Positions 39,036 through 45,703 of a stretch of 64,000 bases of DNA are shown here, piece by piece (position 1 is the first letter of the stretch; each line of letters opens with the position of its first letter). The notes under the pieces are model-generated. The model saw only the letters and a program-made list of their open reading frames with translations. It was not told the DNA's origin and searched no databases. Made by a program: the position numbers and the translations under genes. The DNA is taken from IMG/VR virus record IMGVR_UViG_3300033075_000275, positions 15,873 to 79,872 of that record; one strand, written 5' to 3'. Source of the DNA: a virus. Lineage: Duplodnaviria; Caudoviricetes.

Positions 39036-39398
39036 ATGGTTGACGTCACATTCACCGACCACGCCTACCGAAAGTTGGGTGGTGACGTCGATCTGGCCAA
39101 GCGTGTCGTGCTGGCAGCGAAGGCTCCCACAGTGACCTACCCCAACGGTCGCTTCCCTGGCCAGGTCCGTTGCATCCGTGACGGCATGGTCGCCGTCGTC
39201 GCTGGCACTCGTATCGTGACGTTCTATGCGAATATCGTGGAGACGGACATTCGCCCGGACCAGACTGACGATGACGCCAAGGCGTATCAGGCGAAGCGTA
39301 ACGCCGAGCGCGCGAAGCGCGACCGGAAGCGCCAGCAGAAGCGCGACGCTGACCGCGCTTTCACCGCTGCACAGAAGGCCGGAAAGGGGCGCAAGTGA
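39036..39398 (+). CDS. DUF4258/RelE-like fold protein with basic C-terminal tail
   Basis: FTDHAYRK...P.VTY...R....R.G.VAVV....IVTFY pattern. Confidence 0.55.
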   Translation: MVDVTFTDHAYRKLGGDVDLAKRVVLAAKAPTVTYPNGRFPGQVRCIRDGMVAVVAGTRIVTFYANIVETDIRPDQTDDDAKAYQAKRNAERAKRDRKRQQKRDADRAFTAAQKAGKGRK

Positions 39399-39607
39399 CT
39401 ACTCACGACAAGATCGTTGATCTTGCTACTAAGATCGCGCGATACAGGCTGAATAACCCCTCCCAAAGGGCGGGGCAGGCATTCATGAATGTTCTTTCGG
39501 CAGAATATCCCGATCTGCATTCCGCAGTTTTTATCAGCGGTGTCGATCCATTCTACAATGACGGCTTGCTCTCCGCCGCTTGGGGCATTGTTTCGCAGAA
39601 TATCTAA
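39395..39607 (+). CDS. Hypothetical protein
   Basis: QRAGQAFMNVL...DPFY motif; GTGA overlap. Confidence 0.65.
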   Translation: MTTHDKIVDLATKIARYRLNNPSQRAGQAFMNVLSAEYPDLHSAVFISGVDPFYNDGLLSAAWGIVSQNI

Positions 39608-39615
39608 CAGCAATA

Positions 39616-39731
39616 CCGCGATTACTCTCCGTAATCGCGGGCGCCCGGCCCAGGCCGGGCTGTCAAGTCCTTACGATGTGATGTATGTCACGCCTAAAAG
39701 TGTAGACAGACTGGCGCTCATGGTGTAACCT
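39616..39731 (+). repeat. Regulatory cassette copy 3
   Basis: CCGCGATTAC-TCTCC-GTAATCGCGG, GCCCGGCC-CA-GGCCGGGC, TGTGA-N6-TCACG, TAGACA-17-TAACCT. Confidence 0.95.
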
Positions 39732-39750
39732 GACAGTAGGAGGTAAGGAA

Positions 39751-40026
39751 ATGATCTTGGGTATCGACCGAATCGAGCGCCGGGCCGCAGTGAATCTGCC
39801 CGCAACGTGCAACCTTTTCGGTGATTGTGGTCTGATTTTCAGTGTCGAGGTTTTCGTGCATTCCGTAAATGGTGACGTGTGGGAGGTAGAAATCCGCGAT
39901 TTGCAGAGTGGGGTTTCGATTTACTCTCCGCCTGACAAGGAATGGAATTTGCTCGTACCGGAAACAATGGCCGAGGCCGAGCCTTACCTTTACCTCCACC
40001 TGTGGACGATTGGAATGATTGACTAA
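39751..40026 (+). CDS. Hypothetical protein
   Basis: 91 aa, AGGAGG RBS. Confidence 0.7.
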   Translation: MILGIDRIERRAAVNLPATCNLFGDCGLIFSVEVFVHSVNGDVWEVEIRDLQSGVSIYSPPDKEWNLLVPETMAEAEPYLYLHLWTIGMID

Positions 40027-40313
40027 TGGGATACAAATTCACCGCGCATGGTAATTGGATGACCATGCACTTTGACGCGCCGCTGACAAGCGCGGGCGTT
40101 GTCAACGTTGGCGGTTACTGGTGGAATTCCCTTCGGGCCGACCCTTACCGGGCCGCTGCCAAATTCGCCAATGAGCGTACCCCATTCCGTAATGACCCTA
40201 ATTGCCCTACGGCAATGGAATTCTGGGCCGGGGTTACCGATGATGACCTTGCCGAATTCGACAAGCGTAATCAGGAATTGTCTGATAATGTTGCTAAGTG
40301 GGGTTCTGAGTAA
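40026..40313 (+). CDS. Hypothetical protein
   Basis: 95 aa, TAATG coupling. Confidence 0.65.
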   Translation: MGYKFTAHGNWMTMHFDAPLTSAGVVNVGGYWWNSLRADPYRAAAKFANERTPFRNDPNCPTAMEFWAGVTDDDLAEFDKRNQELSDNVAKWGSE

Positions 40314-40320
40314 TTCCAGG

Positions 40321-40437
40321 CCCGTGATTACTCTCCGTAATCGCGGGCGCCCGGCCCAGGCCGGGCTGTCAAGTAGTTACGATGTGACATAGGACACCCC
40401 TGAAAATATTGACACAGAGACTCGCAGGGTGTAGTCT
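40321..40437 (+). repeat. Regulatory cassette copy 4
   Basis: Hairpin 40321-40347, core 40344, TTGACA-17-TAGTCT. Confidence 0.95.
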
Positions 40438-40443
40438 AAAGAC

Positions 40444-40605
40444 ACAACAGAACAGAGGATGACAGCAGGAGCGGGCTAGACCGAGGGATTTAGTCACCCC
40501 CATGAAAGCCCACTACTCCCCAAGGGTGGACGCCGGATTGACGATCACAACTCCCAGGGACATAGGGGAAAGTCGAACCCGCTTCTGCCGTGATCTTCTG
40601 TTCGG
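40444..40605 (+). ncRNA. Candidate structured ncRNA (~160 nt)
   Basis: 40450-40475 pairs with 40578-40603 (24 of 26 positions paired incl. G.U); inner helices; own promoter upstream and a new promoter immediately downstream. Confidence 0.7.
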
Positions 40606-40610
40606 ACAAC

Positions 40611-40639
40611 TTGACAAGTCAATAGCGTGGCGATATACT
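40611..40639 (+). promoter_or_regulatory. Promoter TTGACA-17-TATACT for tRNA cluster
   Basis: Near-consensus hexamers. Confidence 0.85.
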
Positions 40640-40684
40640 AGTCTCCTACCGGGGCGCATCCAAAGGGACCGGCCCGGTAGTGTA

Positions 40685-40764
40685 TGCCATGGGCGCTGGG
40701 ACGCATACGAGTCTGTAAAACTTGTCTCATATGGGTAGCAAGGTTCGATTCCTTGACATGGCAC
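40685..40764 (+). tRNA. tRNA-Tyr(GTA)
   Basis: CGAGT-CTGTAAA-ACTTG anticodon arm, long variable arm, CAAGG-TTCGATT-CCTTG T arm; slightly irregular acceptor stem. Confidence 0.8.
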
Positions 40765-40765
40765 A

Positions 40766-40828
40766 AATCAAGGGTAATCCGGCTCGACGGCGACGGCTGT
40801 TGTGGTGTTCGAATCACCTCCCTTGATT
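40766..40828 (+). pseudogene. tRNA-like element without a canonical anticodon arm
   Basis: 9-bp acceptor-like stem AATCAAGGG/CCCTTGATT, GGTG-TTCGAAT-CACC T arm; middle only 29 nt. Confidence 0.55.
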
Positions 40829-40830
40829 AT

Positions 40831-40905
40831 GGCCCCATCGTCTAATGGCTAGGATTGCGCCCTTTCAAGGCGCAGGAAGGGGATCGAAACCCCTTGGGGC
40901 TACCA
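40831..40905 (+). tRNA. tRNA-Glu(TTC)
   Basis: GCGCC-CTTTCAA-GGCGC; encoded CCA. Confidence 0.92.
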
Positions 40906-40931
40906 GATTAGGAATATGGTATACTAATCAT

Positions 40932-41228
40932 ATGGCATATTCTGATATCGAAAAAAGAAATGAATGGTTTCGCAAACGCTATCAAGATAATCTTGAGTTT
41001 GTTCAAAACTATAAAATGAAAATCGGATGTTCTGACTGTGGATGGAATGAGCATCACGCGGGGTTAGAATTTGATCACGTAAATCCTCATGTGCGCGGAA
41101 CAGTTTCGTCACAATTAGGAAAGTCAAGAAGAGTTATACTAGAAGAAATATCTGCTTGTGAGGTAGTTTGTTCTAGGTGTCATTCACTTAGAACATGGAA
41201 CAGAAGAGCCCAGATGGTTCAAGAGTAA
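40932..41228 (+). CDS. HNH endonuclease inside tRNA array
   Basis: CSDC...LEFDHVNP...LEEISACEVVCSRCH; AGGA RBS; AT-rich. Confidence 0.8.
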   Translation: MAYSDIEKRNEWFRKRYQDNLEFVQNYKMKIGCSDCGWNEHHAGLEFDHVNPHVRGTVSSQLGKSRRVILEEISACEVVCSRCHSLRTWNRRAQMVQE

Positions 41229-41257
41229 GATTTCGGGTTCGATTCCCGTTGGGACTA
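41207..41257 (+). pseudogene. tRNA remnant lacking anticodon arm
   Basis: D-loop-like TGGTTCAAGAGTAAGAT joined directly to CGGG-TTCGATT-CCCG and TTGGGACT; overlaps HNH 3' end. Confidence 0.5.
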
Positions 41258-41366
41258 CGTAGCAAAACTATCGGCAAGGCCAGTCGGTAGAAAGGGAGGG
41301 CGCTGTAGCGAAAGCAGGCCCTAACAAAAACCGTCAATGACGGTAACAAAGCCTCCCAAATATAAT

Positions 41367-41440
41367 TCCGGTGTAGTGTAATGGTAACACAAGTGCTTCC
41401 AAACCATTTGATAGGGGTTCGATTCCTCTCACCGGGGCCA
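41367..41440 (+). tRNA. tRNA-Trp(CCA)
   Basis: TT-CCA-AA loop, GGTTCGATTCC T arm, encoded CCA. Confidence 0.85.
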
Positions 41441-41441
41441 A

Positions 41442-41513
41442 GCCTCCATAGTGAATGGGTTATCATGCATCCCTGTCAAGGATGCGAAACGGGTCCGAGT
41501 CCCGTTGGAGGCG
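41442..41513 (+). tRNA. tRNA-Asp(GTC)
   Basis: CATCC-CTGTCAA-GGATG; GCCTCCA/TGGAGGC acceptor. Confidence 0.88.
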
Positions 41514-41519
41514 CGTTAA

Positions 41520-41590
41520 TCTCCTATAGTTCAATGGCAGAACGGATGGCTGTTAACCATCTAATCTAGGTTCGAATCCTGGTGGGAGAG
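41520..41590 (+). tRNA. tRNA-Asn(GTT)
   Basis: GATGG-CTGTTAA-CCATC; TCTCCTA/TGGGAGA acceptor. Confidence 0.9.
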
Positions 41591-41636
41591 CGGGCGAGAG
41601 ATACCAGGGTTTAAACGTATTCCTCTCCACCCCTAA

Positions 41637-41707
41637 GGGGGTATAGTATAATGGCAAAACCGCTGGCTCTTACCCAGCAGATCGGAGTTCGACTCTCCGT
41701 GCCCCTA
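41637..41707 (+). tRNA. tRNA-Lys(CTT)
   Basis: GCTGG-CTCTTAC-CCAGC; CGGAG-TTCGACT-CTCCG. Confidence 0.85.
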
Positions 41708-41709
41708 CT

Positions 41710-41820
41710 GTTACCGTGAGTGATCGCGGGCGCCCGGCCCAGGCCGGGCTGTCAAGTGTTTACGATGTGATCTAGGACACTTCTAAATATCTTGACAGAT
41801 GACAACTTTTACTATAGCCT
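41710..41820 (+). repeat. Regulatory cassette copy 5 (degenerate hairpin 1)
   Basis: Core 41727, TGTGA-N6-ACACT, TTGACA-17-TAGCCT. Confidence 0.92.
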
Positions 41821-41826
41821 AGTTAC

Positions 41827-42096
41827 ATGAGCCGCACAGACAAGACCGACCCGTGGTGGACTCAGGGTACATGGGTTCCCGTACACGATCACTCTAGGGG
41901 AGCGTGTACTCTCCCTGCCAATCCGCCCTGTCACCACATCACCACGTCATACCGTCACGGTAAGTGCCACTGGACTAAGCGTTGGGATGAGGTCAAGTGG
42001 TCCCGTGACAAGTCGGCTGATCGTGCCGAGCGGGAATGGCTTACTCGCAAGACCCGCTATCGTCGTAACCGTTTGCAGAACGATGATTGGGATTGA
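41827..42096 (+). CDS. Basic His/Cys/Trp-rich hypothetical protein (leaderless)
   Basis: MSRTDKTDPWW...; ATG at predicted +1. Confidence 0.75.
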   Translation: MSRTDKTDPWWTQGTWVPVHDHSRGACTLPANPPCHHITTSYRHGKCHWTKRWDEVKWSRDKSADRAEREWLTRKTRYRRNRLQNDDWD

Positions 42097-42206
42097 TTAC
42101 TCTCAGTAATCACGGGCGCCCGGCCCAGGCCGGGCTGTCAAGTGTTTACGATGTGACTTAGATCACCTGGAAATATCTAGACCGTCACAGTGAATCGTGG
42201 TATAGT
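42094..42206 (+). repeat. Regulatory cassette copy 6
   Basis: TGATTAC-TCTCA-GTAATCA (contains upstream TGA stop), core 42113, TAGACC-17-TATAGT. Confidence 0.92.
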
Positions 42207-42212
42207 CTAACT

Positions 42213-42359
42213 ATGAGTAGCCGACCGAATCCTCGCCGGGCAAGTGAACACCAGCGTATCGTTATTGAGCGCCGTCGATCCAGCGCCGCATCCCCTCATG
42301 TCAACCGCGTCCGATATGATCGCAACCGTTCTAATAGGGAATGGAAGCGTGATGCCTGA
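42213..42359 (+). CDS. Small Arg-rich protein (leaderless)
   Basis: MSSRPNPRRASEHQRIVIERRRSSAASPHVNRVRYDRNRSNREWKRDA; ATG at predicted +1. Confidence 0.65.
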   Translation: MSSRPNPRRASEHQRIVIERRRSSAASPHVNRVRYDRNRSNREWKRDA

Positions 42360-42558
42360 CTCTATAAATCCAATGCATGAACCGCCACACGCGCACGGTA
42401 TTGCTCTCAGCCCCGCCGATGTGAGGCAACTAGAGGCAGCGCTAGACGCGCCTCCTGCCGTGATCGAATCGTTACGCAAACTTCTTGACACCCCCCCCCT
42501 CAATCTGATAGGGTACTCGTATGGCACTCACCCGATCCAAGGACCGCAAGGTTACTAA
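42352..42558 (+). CDS. Short protein with DUF1778 (TacA/AtaR antitoxin) C-terminal-like motif
   Basis: IALSPADVRQLEAALDAPPAVIESLRKLL; weak RBS, overlaps next gene. Confidence 0.35.
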   Translation: MPDSINPMHEPPHAHGIALSPADVRQLEAALDAPPAVIESLRKLLDTPPLNLIGYSYGTHPIQGPQGY

Positions 42559-43228
42559 CGCTGTTTCGCCTAATGGAAAGACGGCAGTAATTGCTAATTC
42601 ATTCGGCCTTCCTGCCGGAAAGGCATTTAGTTGCCCCGGCGCTACCCCATTCTGCGAGCGTATTTGCTACGCTGGCAAATTGGAAAAGGTTTACAAGGGT
42701 GTGCGTAATGTCCTTATGTCCAACTGGAATCAATTGCAGAATGTCACGTTTTCGGAAATGGTCGAATTGCTCGACCGTATGATTACCGATTTCGAGGCGG
42801 AATGCGATAAGCGCGGGGCCGATAAGGCATTCCGTATCCATTGGGATGGGGATTTCTTTAGCAACGATTACACTATCGCATGGCGCGAGGTTATCAACCT
42901 TCACCCCGATACTCATTTCTGGGTTTACACGCGGGTAAAGGATGCGGCAATGATGCTGCACAATGCCAACCTTTCTAACCTTTCGCTTTACTTTAGCGCC
43001 GACCGCGACAATATCTACAATGCCCGGTTGCTTTCTAGCGTCGGTATCAACGTTGCATATGTCGATGACACTTTCGCACAGGGTAAGGCAGAATTTCCGA
43101 AGGCTGCCCGGTGCCCTGAGAATAACAAGGCTATCCCCCTCATTTCCACTAAGGGTAGCGCGTGCATTGTTTGCGGCCTTTGCGTGAATGGTCGGAATGA
43201 CGTGCTGTTTGCGGTGAAAAAGCGATGA
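42521..43228 (+). CDS. GP88-family (radical-SAM-like Fe-S) protein, leaderless
   Basis: FGLPAG..FSCPGATPFCERICYA (CX6CX3C), RIHWDGDF, FWVYTR, NLSLYFSAD; promoter TTGACA-18-TAGGGT. Confidence 0.75.
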   Translation: MALTRSKDRKVTNAVSPNGKTAVIANSFGLPAGKAFSCPGATPFCERICYAGKLEKVYKGVRNVLMSNWNQLQNVTFSEMVELLDRMITDFEAECDKRGADKAFRIHWDGDFFSNDYTIAWREVINLHPDTHFWVYTRVKDAAMMLHNANLSNLSLYFSADRDNIYNARLLSSVGINVAYVDDTFAQGKAEFPKAARCPENNKAIPLISTKGSACIVCGLCVNGRNDVLFAVKKR

Positions 43229-43299
43229 ATAGTTTTGTCACCTTTCTAGTTATCCTGGGAATTGCATTCTTTTGGATGGTCTATTGGAAACCACGCTAA
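43225..43299 (+). CDS. Membrane micropeptide
   Basis: MNSFVTFLVILGIAFFWMVYWKPR, ATGA overlap. Confidence 0.5.
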   Translation: MNSFVTFLVILGIAFFWMVYWKPR

Positions 43300-43305
43300 G
43301 TAACC

Positions 43306-43421
43306 CCGCCGTCACTCTCTGTGACGGCGGGCGCCCGGCCCAGGCCGGGCTGTCAACCCCTTACGATGTGACGTGGATCACCCATAAAACTATAGACTCC
43401 CGACCCCTGATCATGTATGCT
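43306..43421 (+). repeat. Regulatory cassette copy 7
   Basis: CCGCCGTCAC-TCTCT-GTGACGGCGG, core 43328, TAGACT-17-TATGCT. Confidence 0.95.
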
Positions 43422-43452
43422 TGCATCATCACCTAGAGAAAGAGGTAATACA

Positions 43453-43584
43453 ATGGCTCTGTCCGTTCTCATCGCCGCCGAGGTTTGGAATCGTAAGGAC
43501 GGCGCGGTTGTCAAGTCCGTCGTTCGTACCGAGGATGGCCGATTCGTCGGCGTGACCAACCAGACGCGGGAGGTCAAGGCATGA
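43453..43584 (+). CDS. 43-aa protein with EVW..G..V..VVR.E.GRF.GVTN motif
   Basis: GAGGT RBS; paralogue of the repeats in 48449-48658. Confidence 0.65.
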   Translation: MALSVLIAAEVWNRKDGAVVKSVVRTEDGRFVGVTNQTREVKA

Positions 43585-43796
43585 GCGAGAAGTACGCTCT
43601 TGACGTAATGCCGGGGGACATTCTCGATCTTGACGAGCGTGGCCCCGTGCTGGTCGATTACGTTTTCCAACCTAGCGATGACTACTCCGCCGTTGTCATT
43701 AGCGGTTATGACCCCGATGGTGATGAATTCGATGAGGAATTCGACCCCGATGACGTGCTGACCGTTCGTCATAACCTCGCCTATCTTTGGGACTGA
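43581..43796 (+). CDS. Small acidic protein
   Basis: 71 aa, ATGA overlap. Confidence 0.65.
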   Translation: MSEKYALDVMPGDILDLDERGPVLVDYVFQPSDDYSAVVISGYDPDGDEFDEEFDPDDVLTVRHNLAYLWD

Positions 43797-43797
43797 T

Positions 43798-43986
43798 ATG
43801 CCTACCCCGTTCGAAATCCTGTTCCCCGCCGAGGCGGCAATGCGTGATATGCGTATCTGCCCGCTCTGCCAGGTTGCCATCAACCCCGGCGATTTCCGCG
43901 ATGCTATTTCGCTGCGAGAGTCAGAGATTAGCGGCATGTGCCAGACGTGCCAGGACAACTTTTTCACCGATGGAGACGAGTGGTAA
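43798..43986 (+). CDS. Small Zn-finger protein
   Basis: CPLC...FRDAISLRESEISGMCQTCQD. Confidence 0.7.
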   Translation: MPTPFEILFPAEAAMRDMRICPLCQVAINPGDFRDAISLRESEISGMCQTCQDNFFTDGDEW

Positions 43987-44207
43987 TGACCATTCTGTGT
44001 GGTAAGACCCGTCCGCAAGCCGACCCGTATGAGATTTGGGTCGATGGTGACTGGACGTGGCTGGTGCTGAAAAAGTATCAGAACGACGACCGCAAGCCTT
44101 ATGCACGCTGGCTTTGTGCGGTAAAGTCCCCGTTCACCTTCGGTTCGTATGAGGTTGGCGACGTGTATGCTGCCGAGGTCATGGATTCTGCGGAGCGGGT
44201 TCTCTAA
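43986..44207 (+). CDS. Hypothetical protein
   Basis: WTWLVLKKYQ..PYARWLCAVKSPFTFGSYEVGDVY; TAATG coupling. Confidence 0.7.
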   Translation: MTILCGKTRPQADPYEIWVDGDWTWLVLKKYQNDDRKPYARWLCAVKSPFTFGSYEVGDVYAAEVMDSAERVL

Positions 44208-44380
44208 TGGATAGGCAATGGCGTCGGACATTCTTTCTGTCCCTCGCCATTTGCTTTATCCTATTCAGTGTGTTTCGTGCCGTTCTACTGGTCTATATTG
44301 CTGAGCAGGAAAAGGTGACGGGCGAACCTAACTACAATTGTACAATTTGTACAACTGTCCCCCCTGATTACTCTCCGTAA
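44207..44380 (+). CDS. Small membrane protein ending inside cassette hairpin
   Basis: MDRQWRRTFFLSLAICFILFSVFRAVLLVY...CTICTTVPPDYSP*; stop in 3' arm of hairpin 1. Confidence 0.55.
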   Translation: MDRQWRRTFFLSLAICFILFSVFRAVLLVYIAEQEKVTGEPNYNCTICTTVPPDYSP

Positions 44381-44478
44381 TCACGGGCGCCCGGCCTAGG
44401 CCGGGCTGTCAAGTCTTTTACGATATGACATAGAGCACGCCTAAAACTATAGACTGTCACTCTGCCACATGCTATTCT
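44365..44478 (+). repeat. Regulatory cassette copy 8
   Basis: Core 44384, perfect GCCCGGCCTAGGCCGGGC, TAGACT-17-TATTCT. Confidence 0.93.
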
Positions 44479-44506
44479 TGACCTACCAACCGAGAAAGGA
44501 ACCCAA

Positions 44507-44737
44507 ATGTCATCATCCCCCGGAGTGTTCATCGTCAAGGACGGTCGGCCCTTCATCGACGTTCTCACCGTTACCGAAAACATGTGCCAGTTCGCGGTGA
44601 ATATGCTTCGATCCAACAACGCCCCCGTTCCCCGCGAGATGCTTGAGTTTTTCGGTGAGGCTGCGACGATGCGGGCGGAATACATCATTGTAGAGGCCGA
44701 CCTCGCCATGCTCGACCCCGATACTGTGATCGTCTGA
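44507..44737 (+). CDS. Hypothetical protein
   Basis: 76 aa, AAAGGA RBS. Confidence 0.65.
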   Translation: MSSSPGVFIVKDGRPFIDVLTVTENMCQFAVNMLRSNNAPVPREMLEFFGEAATMRAEYIIVEADLAMLDPDTVIV

Positions 44738-44744
44738 GGAGAGC

Positions 44745-45008
44745 ATGATGACTGATATTCCCGAGGGTGTAATCGGATCATACAAGGTCACCCTTCTAGT
44801 AGATCGGAAGCCTTGGATGCTCGACCCGGCTGATTGGGATTGGGAGGCTCTGTGTGGTCCCGATACCAAGGTTGTCGATTGCCACCTCGTAGGGGTTCGA
44901 CTGGATGATGATGAGTTATATGCCCGGCTGGATGAAACCCGCCAGACTTGCGGTCAGCCAGACAATTGTGGCGACTGCGACCACACTTCTGGGAATGGAA
45001 ATCTGTGA
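44745..45008 (+). CDS. Acidic hypothetical protein
   Basis: 87 aa, GAGGAG RBS, C-terminal C....CGDC. Confidence 0.65.
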   Translation: MMTDIPEGVIGSYKVTLLVDRKPWMLDPADWDWEALCGPDTKVVDCHLVGVRLDDDELYARLDETRQTCGQPDNCGDCDHTSGNGNL

Positions 45009-45499
45009 ACAGTAACAAGACTCAGATTCATCGCAAGCGTATATCACGCCCTATGCTATGGCTTGTGAATAACGTGCGAGTGTTTGAGAATGCACGTGTG
45101 CTTCATTTCGGTGAGGGCCGCGCGTTTCTCGACACCCAGGCCCTTATTGATGAGGGAGCATATGTAACTGCGTATGACCCTTATTCCCCCGCGCCTGCTC
45201 AGCGTGACGATGTTGTCATCTACAACTACTACGACTATGTAATTGCAGTCTACGTATTTAACGCTCTGGAACCGGGAGAGCGCATTCAGGCCTACTCCGA
45301 TTTCATTACCGCCAAGATGGGTGGAGTCGGATACATTGCCTTGCGTACTGACAAAATCGCCGGGGTACCCTATGAGGATGGCGTCATTACCCAAAAGTAT
45401 ACCTTTCAGAAGTCTTACACCCCCGAGTCAGCGGTCGAGGAATTCGGCGGCAAGGTAATTCACAAGGGTTCCGGCTTTCTCATTCTGGAGATTTCATAA
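45005..45499 (+). CDS. Small class I SAM-dependent methyltransferase
   Basis: VLHFGEGRA.LD (motif I variant), AYDPY, YDYV..VYVFNAL, TFQKSYT. Confidence 0.65.
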   Translation: MNSNKTQIHRKRISRPMLWLVNNVRVFENARVLHFGEGRAFLDTQALIDEGAYVTAYDPYSPAPAQRDDVVIYNYYDYVIAVYVFNALEPGERIQAYSDFITAKMGGVGYIALRTDKIAGVPYEDGVITQKYTFQKSYTPESAVEEFGGKVIHKGSGFLILEIS

Positions 45500-45515
45500 C
45501 TAACGACGATCTTAT

Positions 45516-45628
45516 CCGGTCCATTCTGGACGGCGGGCGCCCGCGCCAGCGCGGGCTGTCAAGTCTTTTACGATAAGTTAAATATTTCCCCTAAAAACCT
45601 TGACATCCACCCTGGCAGCATGTAGAAT
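45516..45628 (+). repeat. Regulatory cassette copy 9
   Basis: Core 45534, GCCCGCGC-CA-GCGCGGGC, TTACGAT, TTGACA-17-TAGAAT; no CRP-like box. Confidence 0.9.
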
Positions 45629-45634
45629 GACCCC

Positions 45635-45703
45635 ATGGACCTACTATTGATGATCTTGTTAGGTGTGACCCTCGTCATACTCGCAGTCACTTGGAAGCCC
45701 TAG
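45635..45703 (+). CDS. Leaderless membrane micropeptide
   Basis: MDLLLMILLGVTLVILAVTWKP; ATG at predicted +1. Confidence 0.5.
   Translation: MDLLLMILLGVTLVILAVTWKP

Noticed and set aside
39661-39667. Conserved TGTCAA as an antisense -35 promoter
   Set aside because: 17 nt downstream on the minus strand lies CGCCCG, not a -10, in every forward copy; kept only as a conserved motif
40502-40764. ORFs 40502-40738 (+) and 40513-40764 (-)
   Set aside because: They overlap a consensus promoter, tRNA-Tyr and the structured RNA; no RBS or recognisable motif
40845-40931. 127-aa N-terminally extended HNH
   Set aside because: The extension is tRNA-Glu; ATG 40932 has an AGGA RBS
41297-41324. Pistol-ribozyme-like AGGGC...GCCCTAA
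   Set aside because: P1/P2 topology and conserved UAAAU/GU elements are not present
44333-44358. TGTACAA repeats linked to those at 49205-49241
   Set aside because: At 44333 they encode C-T-I-C-T within ORF 44207-44380
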